Source of the DNA: Eubacteriales bacterium
Lineage (GTDB): Bacteria; Bacillota; Clostridia; Oscillospirales; CAG-272
Direction of reading: 5' to 3'
Assembly (NCBI GenBank): GCA_045611685.1
Contig: JAZKXO010000106.1
Span: 13,833-77,832 of the forward strand
DNA: 64,000 nt
The notes under the pieces were generated by a model that was not told the DNA's origin, ran no database searches, and saw only the letters and a program-made list of their open reading frames with translations. This document shows, one piece after another, positions 10,639 to 19,557 of this stretch. How positions within the stretch are numbered: position 1 is the stretch's first letter; each line of letters starts with the position of its first letter. Both the position numbers and the translations under genes were made by a program.

Positions 10639-11687
10639 GTATCGTCAAAAACTAGATGAGAAAGCCAAACTTCCGTTAGTTTCATGGTAAGTCCGCGGTG
10701 TGAGTGCCTGTCTCCGGAGTTACTGCTTGTGAATCGGGGGAGGGTATCCGAGGATACAGGAGAAAGTTCGCGTAGGTGCTTGTATACCAGTTCTGCAAAC
10801 GCGTCTTGATTCTTATAGAGTTCACACTCAAGTATGACCTCATCGGGGGCAATCACCGTTATGGCATTATAAATCGCTCTTGCCAGAAGTGAGGCATTTT
10901 CATGGGGAGGATTGGATTGTTTGAGAGATGATTGAAGAGTGCGTCCGTGAGCGATCATCATCTCGCCGAAATTGCCCGCCGCATTGTGTCTCCCTTTCAA
11001 AATTTCGCCGTATTCCACGATCGCTCCGCTGACATCGTCTTCTTCTGCAAAGAAGTAGAGAATGATTTTATCACGGTAGTTGTCAATCTCGGAGATTTTG
11101 GATGTAGCAGCGGCATTATAGGATGCATCAATACAAATAGGAATATCGGCAAATGTGCGCCTGACGGTTTCATAAATGGGAATAGAGGAAAGCGCGGGTA
11201 ATCGCTCCCCTAAAACACGATCCTTATCAATCGAATAAGCACCCGGGAGTGATATGCCAAGTCCGATGCAATTGTCGGCATTTGTCGCACTGGTAAGAAA
11301 TTTGCGGGCGTCTTTCAGGAACAAAGTGAGATTTTCTTCAAAAGTAAAATCATCGTTAAAAGAAAAAAGACGATTTTCGACAACATCCAATTTAATGTTG
11401 ACAACAGATAATCTAAAGTCTCGGCTTGTGAGATCGAGAATAAGTGCAAAATATTCCGGATTAATGCAGAGAACACCGGCGCGTCGTCCAGCAGCGGCGC
11501 GCCTTTCTTTTGTTTGATGAATTATGTTTAGGTCAAGTAATGCATCGGCAACCTTTCCAACAGTCATAAGGCTGAGGCCTGTTTGGGCAGAAATATCGGC
11601 CCTGCTGATCATCTTCGCCGCAGAAACAGAGCGAAAAACGGATTTGATACTCTCCCATTTAATGCTTTTAAGACTAATTTGCTGCAT
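10629..11687 (-). CDS. ROK-family (XylR/NagC-like) transcriptional regulator
   Basis: N-terminal HTH SRADISAQTGLSLMTVGKV, then GRR, LDLT, GLGISLPG, GNFGE. Confidence 0.85.
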   Translation of the reverse strand: MQQISLKSIKWESIKSVFRSVSAAKMISRADISAQTGLSLMTVGKVADALLDLNIIHQTKERRAAAGRRAGVLCINPEYFALILDLTSRDFRLSVVNIKLDVVENRLFSFNDDFTFEENLTLFLKDARKFLTSATNADNCIGLGISLPGAYSIDKDRVLGERLPALSSIPIYETVRRTFADIPICIDASYNAAATSKISEIDNYRDKIILYFFAEEDDVSGAIVEYGEILKGRHNAAGNFGEMMIAHGRTLQSSLKQSNPPHENASLLARAIYNAITVIAPDEVILECELYKNQDAFAELVYKHLRELSPVSSDTLPRFTSSNSGDRHSHRGLTMKLTEVWLSHLVFDDTKK

Positions 11688-11746
11688 GTTTTAACTCCAT
11701 TCATGGTGTGCTGAGAAATGAGAATTTTTAATCACCGTATAATAAT

Positions 11747-11775
11747 ATTATATTCAGACACCACCGCTAAGTCAA
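11747..11775 (-). promoter_or_regulatory. Sigma-A promoter for the ROK regulator
   Basis: Minus strand reads TTGACT-17 bp-TATAAT. Confidence 0.7.
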
Positions 11776-11890
11776 GAGGGAGAAAAGGATGGAAGGGTGG
11801 AAACACGGGGGAGAGAAATCGGGAATTTTCTGCGTAAGACATCCGTAAAAAAGAAAAAAACAAATATTTGTCTTTTTTCTCAAATTTGTG

Positions 11891-11919
11891 TTGACAAACG
11901 AGTTAGGCGTGTGTATAAT
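11891..11919 (+). promoter_or_regulatory. Sigma-A promoter for the BlaI-like operon
   Basis: TTGACA-17 bp-TATAAT, exact consensus. Confidence 0.85.
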
Positions 11920-12025
11920 ATTTATTGTCAGCCCTTTTGCGGACTTTTTTCGGCAGACACCGCATATCGTTGGCATAACGTTAGGAGATCGCAGTTGAAG
12001 AGATGGCTGCGTTGTGGATAGTGTG

Positions 12026-12454
12026 ATGATGGACGCGAAAACAACTCACCTTGCTTCCGCGGGTAAAGCGGAGCACAAAATTGACTATACAAAGAAACTT
12101 CCCGATGCCGAATTTGAGGTAATGCTTGCGGTATGGGAGGGCGAGTCTCCGGTTAACACTGCATATCTCATGGAAATGGTGGGACGTGCGCGTGGCTGGA
12201 AGGCACCCACCTTGATTTCGTTCCTTGTGCGCCTTGAAGAGCGTGGGTACATAACTTCCGAAAAGCGTGGTAAAGAGCGGTACTACACGCCGCTTGCGGA
12301 TCGAGTCGAATACCTCCGCATCGCTACCGAGCAGTTTGTGGAACAGTACCATGGCGGCTCGTTCGTGCGCATGATGGATTCGCTTTACAGAAACAAGAAT
12401 CTGTCCGAGGAAGATATTGACGATCTTCTCCAGTGGCTCAAATCCAAATATTGA
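12026..12454 (+). CDS. BlaI/MecI/CopY-family transcriptional repressor
   Basis: LPDAEFEVMLAVW, WKAPTLISFLVRLEERGYI, YYTPL, FVEQYHGGS, LSEEDIDDL. Start is uncertain (GTG 12014, ATG 12026 or ATG 12029). Confidence 0.9.
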   Translation: MMDAKTTHLASAGKAEHKIDYTKKLPDAEFEVMLAVWEGESPVNTAYLMEMVGRARGWKAPTLISFLVRLEERGYITSEKRGKERYYTPLADRVEYLRIATEQFVEQYHGGSFVRMMDSLYRNKNLSEEDIDDLLQWLKSKY

Positions 12455-12460
12455 GTTCAT

Positions 12461-13222
12461 ATGCCGTTTGTTGATGTAAACCGACCGCGTTTCTTGAAAC
12501 TTGCTTACGAGGCAGCAACACTTGATCATGCGCGGTATAATATCGGAACCTATAAAGAGAAGACGCTCCATTTAGTGCTTAAAAATTACTTTTCCGAAAG
12601 CAGGACGGAGCAGGAAGTTTCTCTCAGCGGGTATATCGCCGATATATACAGAACGGATGAAGGCATAATTGAAATTCAGACCTCCGGCTTTGCTTCTATG
12701 AAGGATAAGTTGGAGGCCTTTTTACCGCTTTATCCCGTTACGATCGTCTATCCTATCCCGAAAGTCAAGTGGGTTTCGTGGATTGAGCCGGAGAGTGGGG
12801 AGATAGGGAAACGTAACCGTTCCCCCAAGACCGGCAAGTTCTGCGACGTAATACCCGAACTTATATTTATTAAAGATTATCTTAAAAATCCAAATCTCAC
12901 GGTCCGTGCCGTGCTTCTTGAAATTGATGAATACCGCATGCTGAATGGCCGCCGCAGTCTTTCAAGAAAACGCGGTTCCACTCGGTTTGAACGCATTCCG
13001 GTGGATTTGTTTGAAATTTACGATTTCAAAAACCCCGCCGACTACATCAGCCTTTTGCCGTTCGATGCCGCCGCCGAATTTACTGCATCCGAACTCTCCT
13101 CGGCTTTTAAATTCCGCGGCCGAGATGTCAGCGCCATGATTCGTGTTCTTATGGGGGTAGGGGCTATTGAACGCATAGGAAAACGCGGACGCTCGTATGT
13201 ATACAGAATATCTGACAAATAA
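12461..13222 (+). CDS. Uncharacterised protein with a putative PD-(D/E)XK (CoiA-like) nuclease fold and C-terminal winged helix
   Basis: EKTLHLVLKNYF...E...GYIADI...IIEIQT; C-terminus FTASELSSAFKFRGRDVSAMIRVLMGVGAIERIGKRGRSYVY. The fold assignment is inference. Confidence 0.55.
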   Translation: MPFVDVNRPRFLKLAYEAATLDHARYNIGTYKEKTLHLVLKNYFSESRTEQEVSLSGYIADIYRTDEGIIEIQTSGFASMKDKLEAFLPLYPVTIVYPIPKVKWVSWIEPESGEIGKRNRSPKTGKFCDVIPELIFIKDYLKNPNLTVRAVLLEIDEYRMLNGRRSLSRKRGSTRFERIPVDLFEIYDFKNPADYISLLPFDAAAEFTASELSSAFKFRGRDVSAMIRVLMGVGAIERIGKRGRSYVYRISDK

Positions 13223-13249
13223 AAAGGTTCTGCAACTGCAGAACCTTTT
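13221..13249. terminator. Bidirectional intrinsic terminator
   Basis: AAAAAGGTTCTGCA-ac-TGCAGAACCTTTT between convergent genes. Confidence 0.8.
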
Positions 13250-13251
13250 AG

Positions 13252-14178
13252 TCATTTTGTAAAGTTTTCAAGAAGGTGAACTTTTTGCGCTGAGTACTGG
13301 TAAGCAGCTTTATAGTCATCTTCGGCCGTTGCCGTAGATTCGAGCGCGGTTAAAAGATGATAGCGGGTGAAAAAGCCTGTCCCCAAAGAAGCATGAACTT
13401 TTTTAAGAAGTGGGTATGCCTTAGCGGGAAAACCGTTTGCCAGCGCAACACAGCCGCCCAAAAAATCAAGATAGGCTTGGGTGAAAATGAGACCACTCGC
13501 CAAAACGGCGGATGCTGTCTCAATGTCGCCATTGGAAAGCGCGGTTAATGCGCGCATATATGCAAACCACTCTGCGGGGACGTGTGCATTGGGGAAGGCA
13601 GATGGCGAAGAAAGGAGAGCGGGGATTTCTTTTTGCCCCGCGGATTTGATCAAAAACTGAATATACTCGATTGTTGCAAGGAAACCTTCAGGTGTGTAAA
13701 GAGAGTTTCGCGCTGATTCTTTGGTACTTTCAAGTGCCGTGGCGGCGGTAAGAAGTGCATCATTCTTAAGTGCGTCAAGCGCCAAGTTCCAATGGCACAT
13801 AGCCGTGAGATATAGAATTTCGTCATCTGCTCGGGGAACTTCCGATATGCGGGTAAGACACGCACTGTATTCTTCGGCAAGATATAGTTGGTGAAGCTCG
13901 TCGATCATCCCCATTTTCGTAAAACGTGAGGTCTCCTTTTCATCGGATGCAAAAAAGTAACCGACGGGTACGTTAAGGCGGCGCGCCAATTCTGTCAGAG
14001 TGGAGAGCGAGGGAGCGGCGCTTCCGTTTTCTATCAGGCTGATCATGTTTCTTGTGATCGCTTCTCCGGCGAGTGCGGCTTGCGTGAGTCCACGGTTCAG
14101 CCTAAGTGCGCGGATTTTCTCTCCGATCCGTTTATTCTGCTCGTCCATATGTTCAGCGTTTTCGAATGAACGACGCAT
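13252..14178 (-). CDS. XRE-family HTH regulator with a helical (TPR-like) C-terminal domain
   Basis: IGEKIRALRLNRGLTQAALAGEAITRNMISLIENGSAAPSL. The start overlaps the upstream stop (TAATG). Confidence 0.85.
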   Translation of the reverse strand: MRRSFENAEHMDEQNKRIGEKIRALRLNRGLTQAALAGEAITRNMISLIENGSAAPSLSTLTELARRLNVPVGYFFASDEKETSRFTKMGMIDELHQLYLAEEYSACLTRISEVPRADDEILYLTAMCHWNLALDALKNDALLTAATALESTKESARNSLYTPEGFLATIEYIQFLIKSAGQKEIPALLSSPSAFPNAHVPAEWFAYMRALTALSNGDIETASAVLASGLIFTQAYLDFLGGCVALANGFPAKAYPLLKKVHASLGTGFFTRYHLLTALESTATAEDDYKAAYQYSAQKVHLLENFTK

Positions 14179-15023
14179 TACTTCGTCCGGCGGATGCCGT
14201 ATTTCTCATCCATGTTTTTGAGTGTCTCGTTTACAGATTCAGAAAGGGTGGACTGATAGTATTCCACTTTTACGCTCAGTTCCTGACTGCGTTTCTCAAA
14301 ATCGTTTATCATAGCGGCAGTATTGTCGCGCATTTCACGAAGAGCGGTCATGAGTTCACAAAGACAGCTGTCTGTCGAGGTGTGCAGTTCATTGCTGATC
14401 TGTGAGAGCATCTCGTCCGCCGCCTTGGAAAGACGGGTGCGGATGTAGTCGGCTTCTTTTTCCGTTTCCGACACGATGCGGGTGGCGTGCTCATTGGCGG
14501 CGGCAACGATTGCATCGGCGGAGGTGTTGGCGCTGATCATGATATCGCCGATCTGTGCACTGATGCGATCGTATTTCTCCAGCTTGTCGTCCGTTCCGTC
14601 GGGAAGCGACCTCTGGTGAAGCTCCGTTCTGAGGGTATCGGCGGTCATTTCTGCGGAAAGAAGCTTTTCTCGGAGGGACGTAATCTCTTCCTTCAGCTGA
14701 TCGGCGGATTCACGCGTCGCCGCGAGAACGCTCTCGAGCGCTTCCTTTTCGGACTTAAGGGAAGAGATAGAAGCCTCTAGAGAGGTGCGCTCCGTTTCGA
14801 AGGTTTTGGCATTTGCTTCCATCTCGAGGTGCGCATTCTTTAAAAGGTGATCTTTTTCTTCCATTTCGCGGTTTATCGCCAGTATGTATTTATTCACATC
14901 TTGGCGATTATACCCACCCATGGAAGAACGAAAGGCAACGTTTTTCGTTTCACTCATAAAATGATCCTGCACCGAACATGGTGCTTCCTTTCCGTCTGCT
15001 GTAAGGGGGCGATGCTGATTCAA
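14178..15023 (-). CDS. DivIVA-domain coiled-coil protein
   Basis: FRSSMGGYNRQDVNKYI matches the DivIVA N-terminal motif, followed by long heptad-rich helices. True start may be MSETK. Confidence 0.7.
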   Translation of the reverse strand: MNQHRPLTADGKEAPCSVQDHFMSETKNVAFRSSMGGYNRQDVNKYILAINREMEEKDHLLKNAHLEMEANAKTFETERTSLEASISSLKSEKEALESVLAATRESADQLKEEITSLREKLLSAEMTADTLRTELHQRSLPDGTDDKLEKYDRISAQIGDIMISANTSADAIVAAANEHATRIVSETEKEADYIRTRLSKAADEMLSQISNELHTSTDSCLCELMTALREMRDNTAAMINDFEKRSQELSVKVEYYQSTLSESVNETLKNMDEKYGIRRTK

Positions 15024-15189
15024 GTTTGTCTATAACATTATATCATATTTTTTGTCAAATTGCAACAGAGTAAGTGTATTTTACTGTTTTTTATCAAAAA
15101 CATTTCTGAAATCTGTGATTTCATGAAAATTTCTATGGACGAAAGGGGAAGAATATGGTATAATATTATGTTATAAGGGAGGGGTTGCT

Positions 15190-15816
15190 GTGCAGATACG
15201 AAAACTGCCCGTCAGGGGCTTTGCCTCTAATTCGTGGCTTGTTTTTGATGAGGAAAGCCGCATGGCGGCGGTCATTGATCCGTCGGCTGATGCGGAGGTA
15301 GTTTTGAGACTCCTTCGTGAGGGAAACTTGACTCTCTCGATGATCCTTCTCACCCACGGTCATTTTGATCATATTTTTGCGGCGGATACTTTGCGTGCAT
15401 CAACCGATGCGCCGCTTATGATTCACGAAAAAGATGCCCCGATGCTCACAGATGCGACACTGAACGCCTCGGCGCTGTTCTTTGGAGAGGGTAACGTGTA
15501 TAAGCCGGCCGATCGTCTTCTGCACGGAGGGGATGCTCTCTCGCTTGGAAACAATATCATAACTGTCCGCCATACGCCCGGACATACGGAAGGCTCCGTC
15601 TGTTTCGTTTTACCCGGACGCATTTTCACGGGCGATACACTGTTCGAGGGCAGCATAGGACGCACGGATCTGCCCGGCGGCGACGAACGCGCTCTCAATG
15701 AATCACTTCGCCGCATTGCGGCAATGAGAGGGGAATACACTCTCTACGCGGGGCACGGCAACGTTACGACTCTTGAGCACGAAAGAAAGAACAATCCGTA
15801 CCTTAGCAACATTTGA
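15190..15816 (+). CDS. MBL-fold metallo-hydrolase (glyoxalase II/YcbL-like)
   Basis: THGHFDH, HTPGHTEGS, FTGDTLF, GRTDLPGG, GHG motifs. Confidence 0.93.
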   Translation: MQIRKLPVRGFASNSWLVFDEESRMAAVIDPSADAEVVLRLLREGNLTLSMILLTHGHFDHIFAADTLRASTDAPLMIHEKDAPMLTDATLNASALFFGEGNVYKPADRLLHGGDALSLGNNIITVRHTPGHTEGSVCFVLPGRIFTGDTLFEGSIGRTDLPGGDERALNESLRRIAAMRGEYTLYAGHGNVTTLEHERKNNPYLSNI

Positions 15817-15838
15817 TTTTCACAAAGGAGAACGAAAA

Positions 15839-17542
15839 ATGGCTCTCATGAACGGAATAGACACAAACACGTTGGCGGAACTTCTGTTTCCCGATATAAA
15901 AACGCTTCCCGAAGATATAGAGGCACGTTATCCCGTACGGGATTTGCCCGAGGGCGCGAAAGTCACCCGATTCGCTCCCAGTCCCACGGGATTCGTTCAT
16001 TTTGGCGGATTGTTTCCGTCTACGGTAGGTGAACGCCTGGCGCACCAAAGCGGCGGTGTGTTCTATCTCCGCATCGAGGATACGGATGCAAAGCGAGAGG
16101 TAGAAGGTGCAGCGGAAGGACTTATTCGCACGCTTGCCACGTACGGTATACATTTCGACGAGGGTGCAATCCTTGATGAAAACGGTAAAATCTCCGATAA
16201 AGGTGCGTACGGTCCGTACCGTCAATCCGAGCGTGCGGAGATTTACCAGACGTTTGCAAAGCAACTGATCCGTGAGGGAAAGGCGTATCCGTGCTTTACT
16301 ACGGAGGAAGAGCTGGACGAGCTTTCGCAGGTAAACAAGAAAGAAGAACTGAAAAACACCGACTGGCAGGCGGAGGCGGAAGCGCGCCGCCTTGAAATGC
16401 TTGCAAGAAGAAATTTCACTCTCGACGAGGTGAAAGAGCATCTCGCGGCAGGACATCCGTTTGTTATCCGTATTTTGGCTGACGGCACGCCCGATGCGAA
16501 GGTGAAATTTACCGATCTCATCAAAGGAAATATGGAGATCCCCGAAAATGACGAAGACTTTGTTCTTCTGAAATCGGACGGAATCCCCACTTACCATTTC
16601 GCACATGCTGTGGACGATCACCTTATGCGGACAACGCACGTGATCCGCGGCGAGGAGTGGCTCCCGAGCCTTGCAAAGCACCTGCAGCTGTTCCGCTATC
16701 TTGGATTCAGAGTGCCTAAGTATATGCATATCGCACAGATCATGAAGCTGGACGAGGCAGGGAACAAAAAGAAGCTCTCGAAACGCGATATGGGCGCCAA
16801 CATGGACGACTACACCCGCATGGGCTACTGCCCTGAAGCGGTGTGCGAATATATTATGACGCTTCTCAATTCCAACTATGAAGAGTGGCATATGCAAAAT
16901 CCGGAGAAGCCGTATACCGATTTCCCATTCAACATCAAAAAGATGTCCACCTCGGGCTGTCTGTTCGATTTCAACAAACTGAACGACGTATCCAAAAATA
17001 TCATCTCCCGTATGGACGCCGCGGCCGTTACCGAAAAGGTAACTGCGTGGGCGCTGGATTTTGATTCCGCATTCGGTGCGGCCCTTCAGCGTGATCGTGT
17101 GTATGCAGAGAGCATATTTGCCATCGGCAGAGGCGGCAACAAGCCGCGCAAGGATCTTGCAACGTGGGCGGACGCAAAACCGTATATGGGATTCTTCTAC
17201 GACGAATACTTTACCGTGGAAGACGTGTATCCGGAGAATTTTTCCAAAGAGGATATTAAGGCAGTCCTTTCTAATTTCGCGTACGTTTTCGATCCCACAG
17301 ACGATTCGTCAGCGTGGTTCGCAAAGATAAAAGAGATCGGTGCAAAACTCGGTTTTGCCGCCGATATGAAGCTTTATAAGCAGAATCCGGACGACTACAA
17401 GGGAAGTGTTGCGGACGTCAGCATGTTTTTACGACTTGCCGTTACCGGAAAAATGAATTCACCCGATATGTACAGCGTCATGCAGATTCTCGGCAAAGAA
17501 CGCGTTCTCGGCCGTATCAAGGCGATGGCGGAATCACTTTGA
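15839..17542 (+). CDS. gltX: Glutamate--tRNA ligase
   Basis: TRFAPSPTGFVHFGG, LRIEDTD, PTYHFA, HVIRGEEW, KKLSKR. AAGGAG RBS before ATG 15839. Confidence 0.95.
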   Translation: MALMNGIDTNTLAELLFPDIKTLPEDIEARYPVRDLPEGAKVTRFAPSPTGFVHFGGLFPSTVGERLAHQSGGVFYLRIEDTDAKREVEGAAEGLIRTLATYGIHFDEGAILDENGKISDKGAYGPYRQSERAEIYQTFAKQLIREGKAYPCFTTEEELDELSQVNKKEELKNTDWQAEAEARRLEMLARRNFTLDEVKEHLAAGHPFVIRILADGTPDAKVKFTDLIKGNMEIPENDEDFVLLKSDGIPTYHFAHAVDDHLMRTTHVIRGEEWLPSLAKHLQLFRYLGFRVPKYMHIAQIMKLDEAGNKKKLSKRDMGANMDDYTRMGYCPEAVCEYIMTLLNSNYEEWHMQNPEKPYTDFPFNIKKMSTSGCLFDFNKLNDVSKNIISRMDAAAVTEKVTAWALDFDSAFGAALQRDRVYAESIFAIGRGGNKPRKDLATWADAKPYMGFFYDEYFTVEDVYPENFSKEDIKAVLSNFAYVFDPTDDSSAWFAKIKEIGAKLGFAADMKLYKQNPDDYKGSVADVSMFLRLAVTGKMNSPDMYSVMQILGKERVLGRIKAMAESL

Positions 17543-17569
17543 GTTTGAACGTTATAATGGAGAGTGTCT

Positions 17570-19240
17570 ATGGAAAACACATCTAAGAATTTTATTCACG
17601 CATTTATTGAAGAAGATATTGCCGAGGGCGGCCGTTACGAGGGGCAGACTGTCCATACGCGTTTTCCTCCCGAACCGAACGGCTACTTGCACATCGGACA
17701 CTGCAAAGCGCTCATTATTGACTTCGGCACGGCCGAAAAATTCGGCGGTCTTTGTAATCTCAGAATGGACGATACGAACCCGACAAAAGAGGACGTGGAG
17801 TTCGTTGAAGCGATCAAGGAAGATATCCGCTGGCTCGGCTTTGATTGGGGTGACCGCTTCTACTACGGCTCCGATTATTTTGAAAAAGACTACGAATACG
17901 CAGTTGAGCTGATCAAAAAAGGACTCGCATACGTTTGTGAGTTGACACCCGACGAATTCAAAGAGTTCAGGGGTGATCTGAACACGCCCGCGAAATCCCC
18001 GTGGCGCGACCGTCCCGTCGAGGAAAGTCTCGATCTTTTCGCCCGTATGCGTGCCGGCGAATTCGAGGACAACAAATATACGCTTCGTGCCAAGATCGAT
18101 CTTGCGTCGGGTAACTTCAATATGCGCGATCCCGTTATTTACCGTATCCGACATATGCATCACCACCGCCAGGGCGATAAGTGGTGCATTTATCCGATGT
18201 ACGATTTTGCTCACCCGATTCAGGCTGCACTGGAGGGCATCACGCACTCCCTTTGCTCTTTGGAGTTTGAGAATCACCGCCCGCTTTACAACTGGGTCGT
18301 TGAGAACGTCTCTGTGCCGCATCACCCCCGTCAGATCGAGTTTGCACGGCTCGGCATCGACCATACCGTTCTTTCAAAACGCAAACTCCGCGCCCTTGTG
18401 GAAAACGGATACGTATCCGGATGGGACGATCCCCGTATGCCCACGCTTTGCGGTCTGCGCCGTCGTGGATATACGCCGCGCGCTATCCGCAATTTCTGCG
18501 ATCGCGTAGGTGTTGCGAAGAGCCCCAATACCATTGAATTCGGCTTTTTGGAGTATTGCCTCCGTGAGGATCTGAATGAGACGGCACAGCGCGTTATGGC
18601 GGTTCTGAAGCCGGTAAAACTGACGATCACCAACTATCCCGAAGGAAAAACGGAGATTTTTGACGTCGAGAATAATCCTAACGATCCCGAGGCCGGTACC
18701 CGCAAGGTCGCCTTCTCTCGCAATCTCTGGATCGAGGAGGATGACTTCCTCGCGGAACCCGTGCCGAAATACAAGCGTCTCTATCCGGGTGGCCCCGAGT
18801 GCCGTCTGAAGGGGGCGTACGTCATTACCTGTACGGGATGCGTAAAGGATGATGACGGCAACGTCATCGAAGTCCTTGCTACCTATGATCCCGATTCCCG
18901 CGGCGGTGATCCTGCCGACGGACGCAAGATCAAAGGGGCTACCATCCACTGGGTAGATGCCGAAACCTGCGCAGAAGCGGAAGTACGCCAGTATTCGAAT
19001 CTCTTTGACGACGCCGACCCCGATGCTGCGGGAAAGGACTTTATCGCGTGTCTCAATCCGAACTCTCTCGAAGTCCTTACCGGATGCAAGGTGGAGGCCT
19101 CTCTGAAGGATGCAAAGGCACCGTCATCCTATCAGTTTATGCGTCTCGGATATTTCTGTCCGGACAGTCGGGATTCGTCCGCGGAGCATCTTGTTTTCAA
19201 CCGTTCCGTGAGCCTGAAGGACAGTTATAAACCGCAGTAA
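17570..19240 (+). CDS. glnS: Glutamine--tRNA ligase
   Basis: TRFPPEPNGYLHIGH, IYPMYDFAHP, LCSLEFENHR, LSKRKL, QFMRLGYF. Confidence 0.97.
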   Translation: MENTSKNFIHAFIEEDIAEGGRYEGQTVHTRFPPEPNGYLHIGHCKALIIDFGTAEKFGGLCNLRMDDTNPTKEDVEFVEAIKEDIRWLGFDWGDRFYYGSDYFEKDYEYAVELIKKGLAYVCELTPDEFKEFRGDLNTPAKSPWRDRPVEESLDLFARMRAGEFEDNKYTLRAKIDLASGNFNMRDPVIYRIRHMHHHRQGDKWCIYPMYDFAHPIQAALEGITHSLCSLEFENHRPLYNWVVENVSVPHHPRQIEFARLGIDHTVLSKRKLRALVENGYVSGWDDPRMPTLCGLRRRGYTPRAIRNFCDRVGVAKSPNTIEFGFLEYCLREDLNETAQRVMAVLKPVKLTITNYPEGKTEIFDVENNPNDPEAGTRKVAFSRNLWIEEDDFLAEPVPKYKRLYPGGPECRLKGAYVITCTGCVKDDDGNVIEVLATYDPDSRGGDPADGRKIKGATIHWVDAETCAEAEVRQYSNLFDDADPDAAGKDFIACLNPNSLEVLTGCKVEASLKDAKAPSSYQFMRLGYFCPDSRDSSAEHLVFNRSVSLKDSYKPQ

Positions 19241-19255
19241 TACAGCACTTTTTCG

Positions 19256-19291
19256 AAAATCCCCCGAGGAAATATTTCGGGGGATTTTTTT
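19256..19291 (+). terminator. Intrinsic terminator after glnS
   Basis: AAAATCCCCCGAG...TTCGGGGGATTTTTTT hairpin with T tract. Confidence 0.75.
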
Positions 19292-19312
19292 GAAAAAATG
19301 TGGGGAAACTAC

Positions 19313-19341
19313 TTGACAGAACAGATTTTTCGTGGTATTAT
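19313..19341 (+). promoter_or_regulatory. Sigma-A promoter for the tRNA
   Basis: TTGACA-17 bp-TATTAT, preceded by TG. Confidence 0.7.
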
Positions 19342-19358
19342 ATATAGGCGTTTTGGAT

Positions 19359-19434
19359 GCCCCATTAGCTCAGACGGTAGAGCACTTGACTTTTAATCAA
19401 GGTGTCCGGAGTTCGAATCTCCGATGGAGCACCA
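19359..19434 (+). tRNA. tRNA-Lys (anticodon UUU)
   Basis: 76 nt with D arm AGCTCAG..GGTAGAGC, anticodon arm CTTGA-CTTTTAA-TCAAG, T arm CGGAG-TTCGAAT-CTCCG and encoded CCA. The acceptor stem has a C3-A70 mismatch. Confidence 0.97.
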
Positions 19435-19439
19435 CGCAG

Positions 19440-19478
19440 AAGACTTAAAGCCTTTTGGTTTTAAGTCTTTTGTTTTTG
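19440..19478 (+). terminator. Intrinsic terminator after the tRNA
   Basis: AAGACTTAAAGCC-tttt-GGTTTTAAGTCTT followed by a T-rich tract. Confidence 0.75.
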
Positions 19479-19484
19479 AAATTA

Positions 19485-19512
19485 TTGACATGCGGCGAGA
19501 AAATGTTATAAT
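19485..19512 (+). promoter_or_regulatory. Sigma-A promoter for the acyltransferase gene
   Basis: TTGACA-16 bp-TATAAT with an extended -10 TG. Confidence 0.65.
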
Positions 19513-19557
19513 ATTAATATCTTGTATAGTGAATTTGTTTTACTAAAAGGAGCAGAT

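Noticed and set aside
15839-19240. Adjacent gltX and glnS as unusual for a Gram-positive organism
   Set aside because: GlnRS is well known in Clostridia; this is expected rather than novel.
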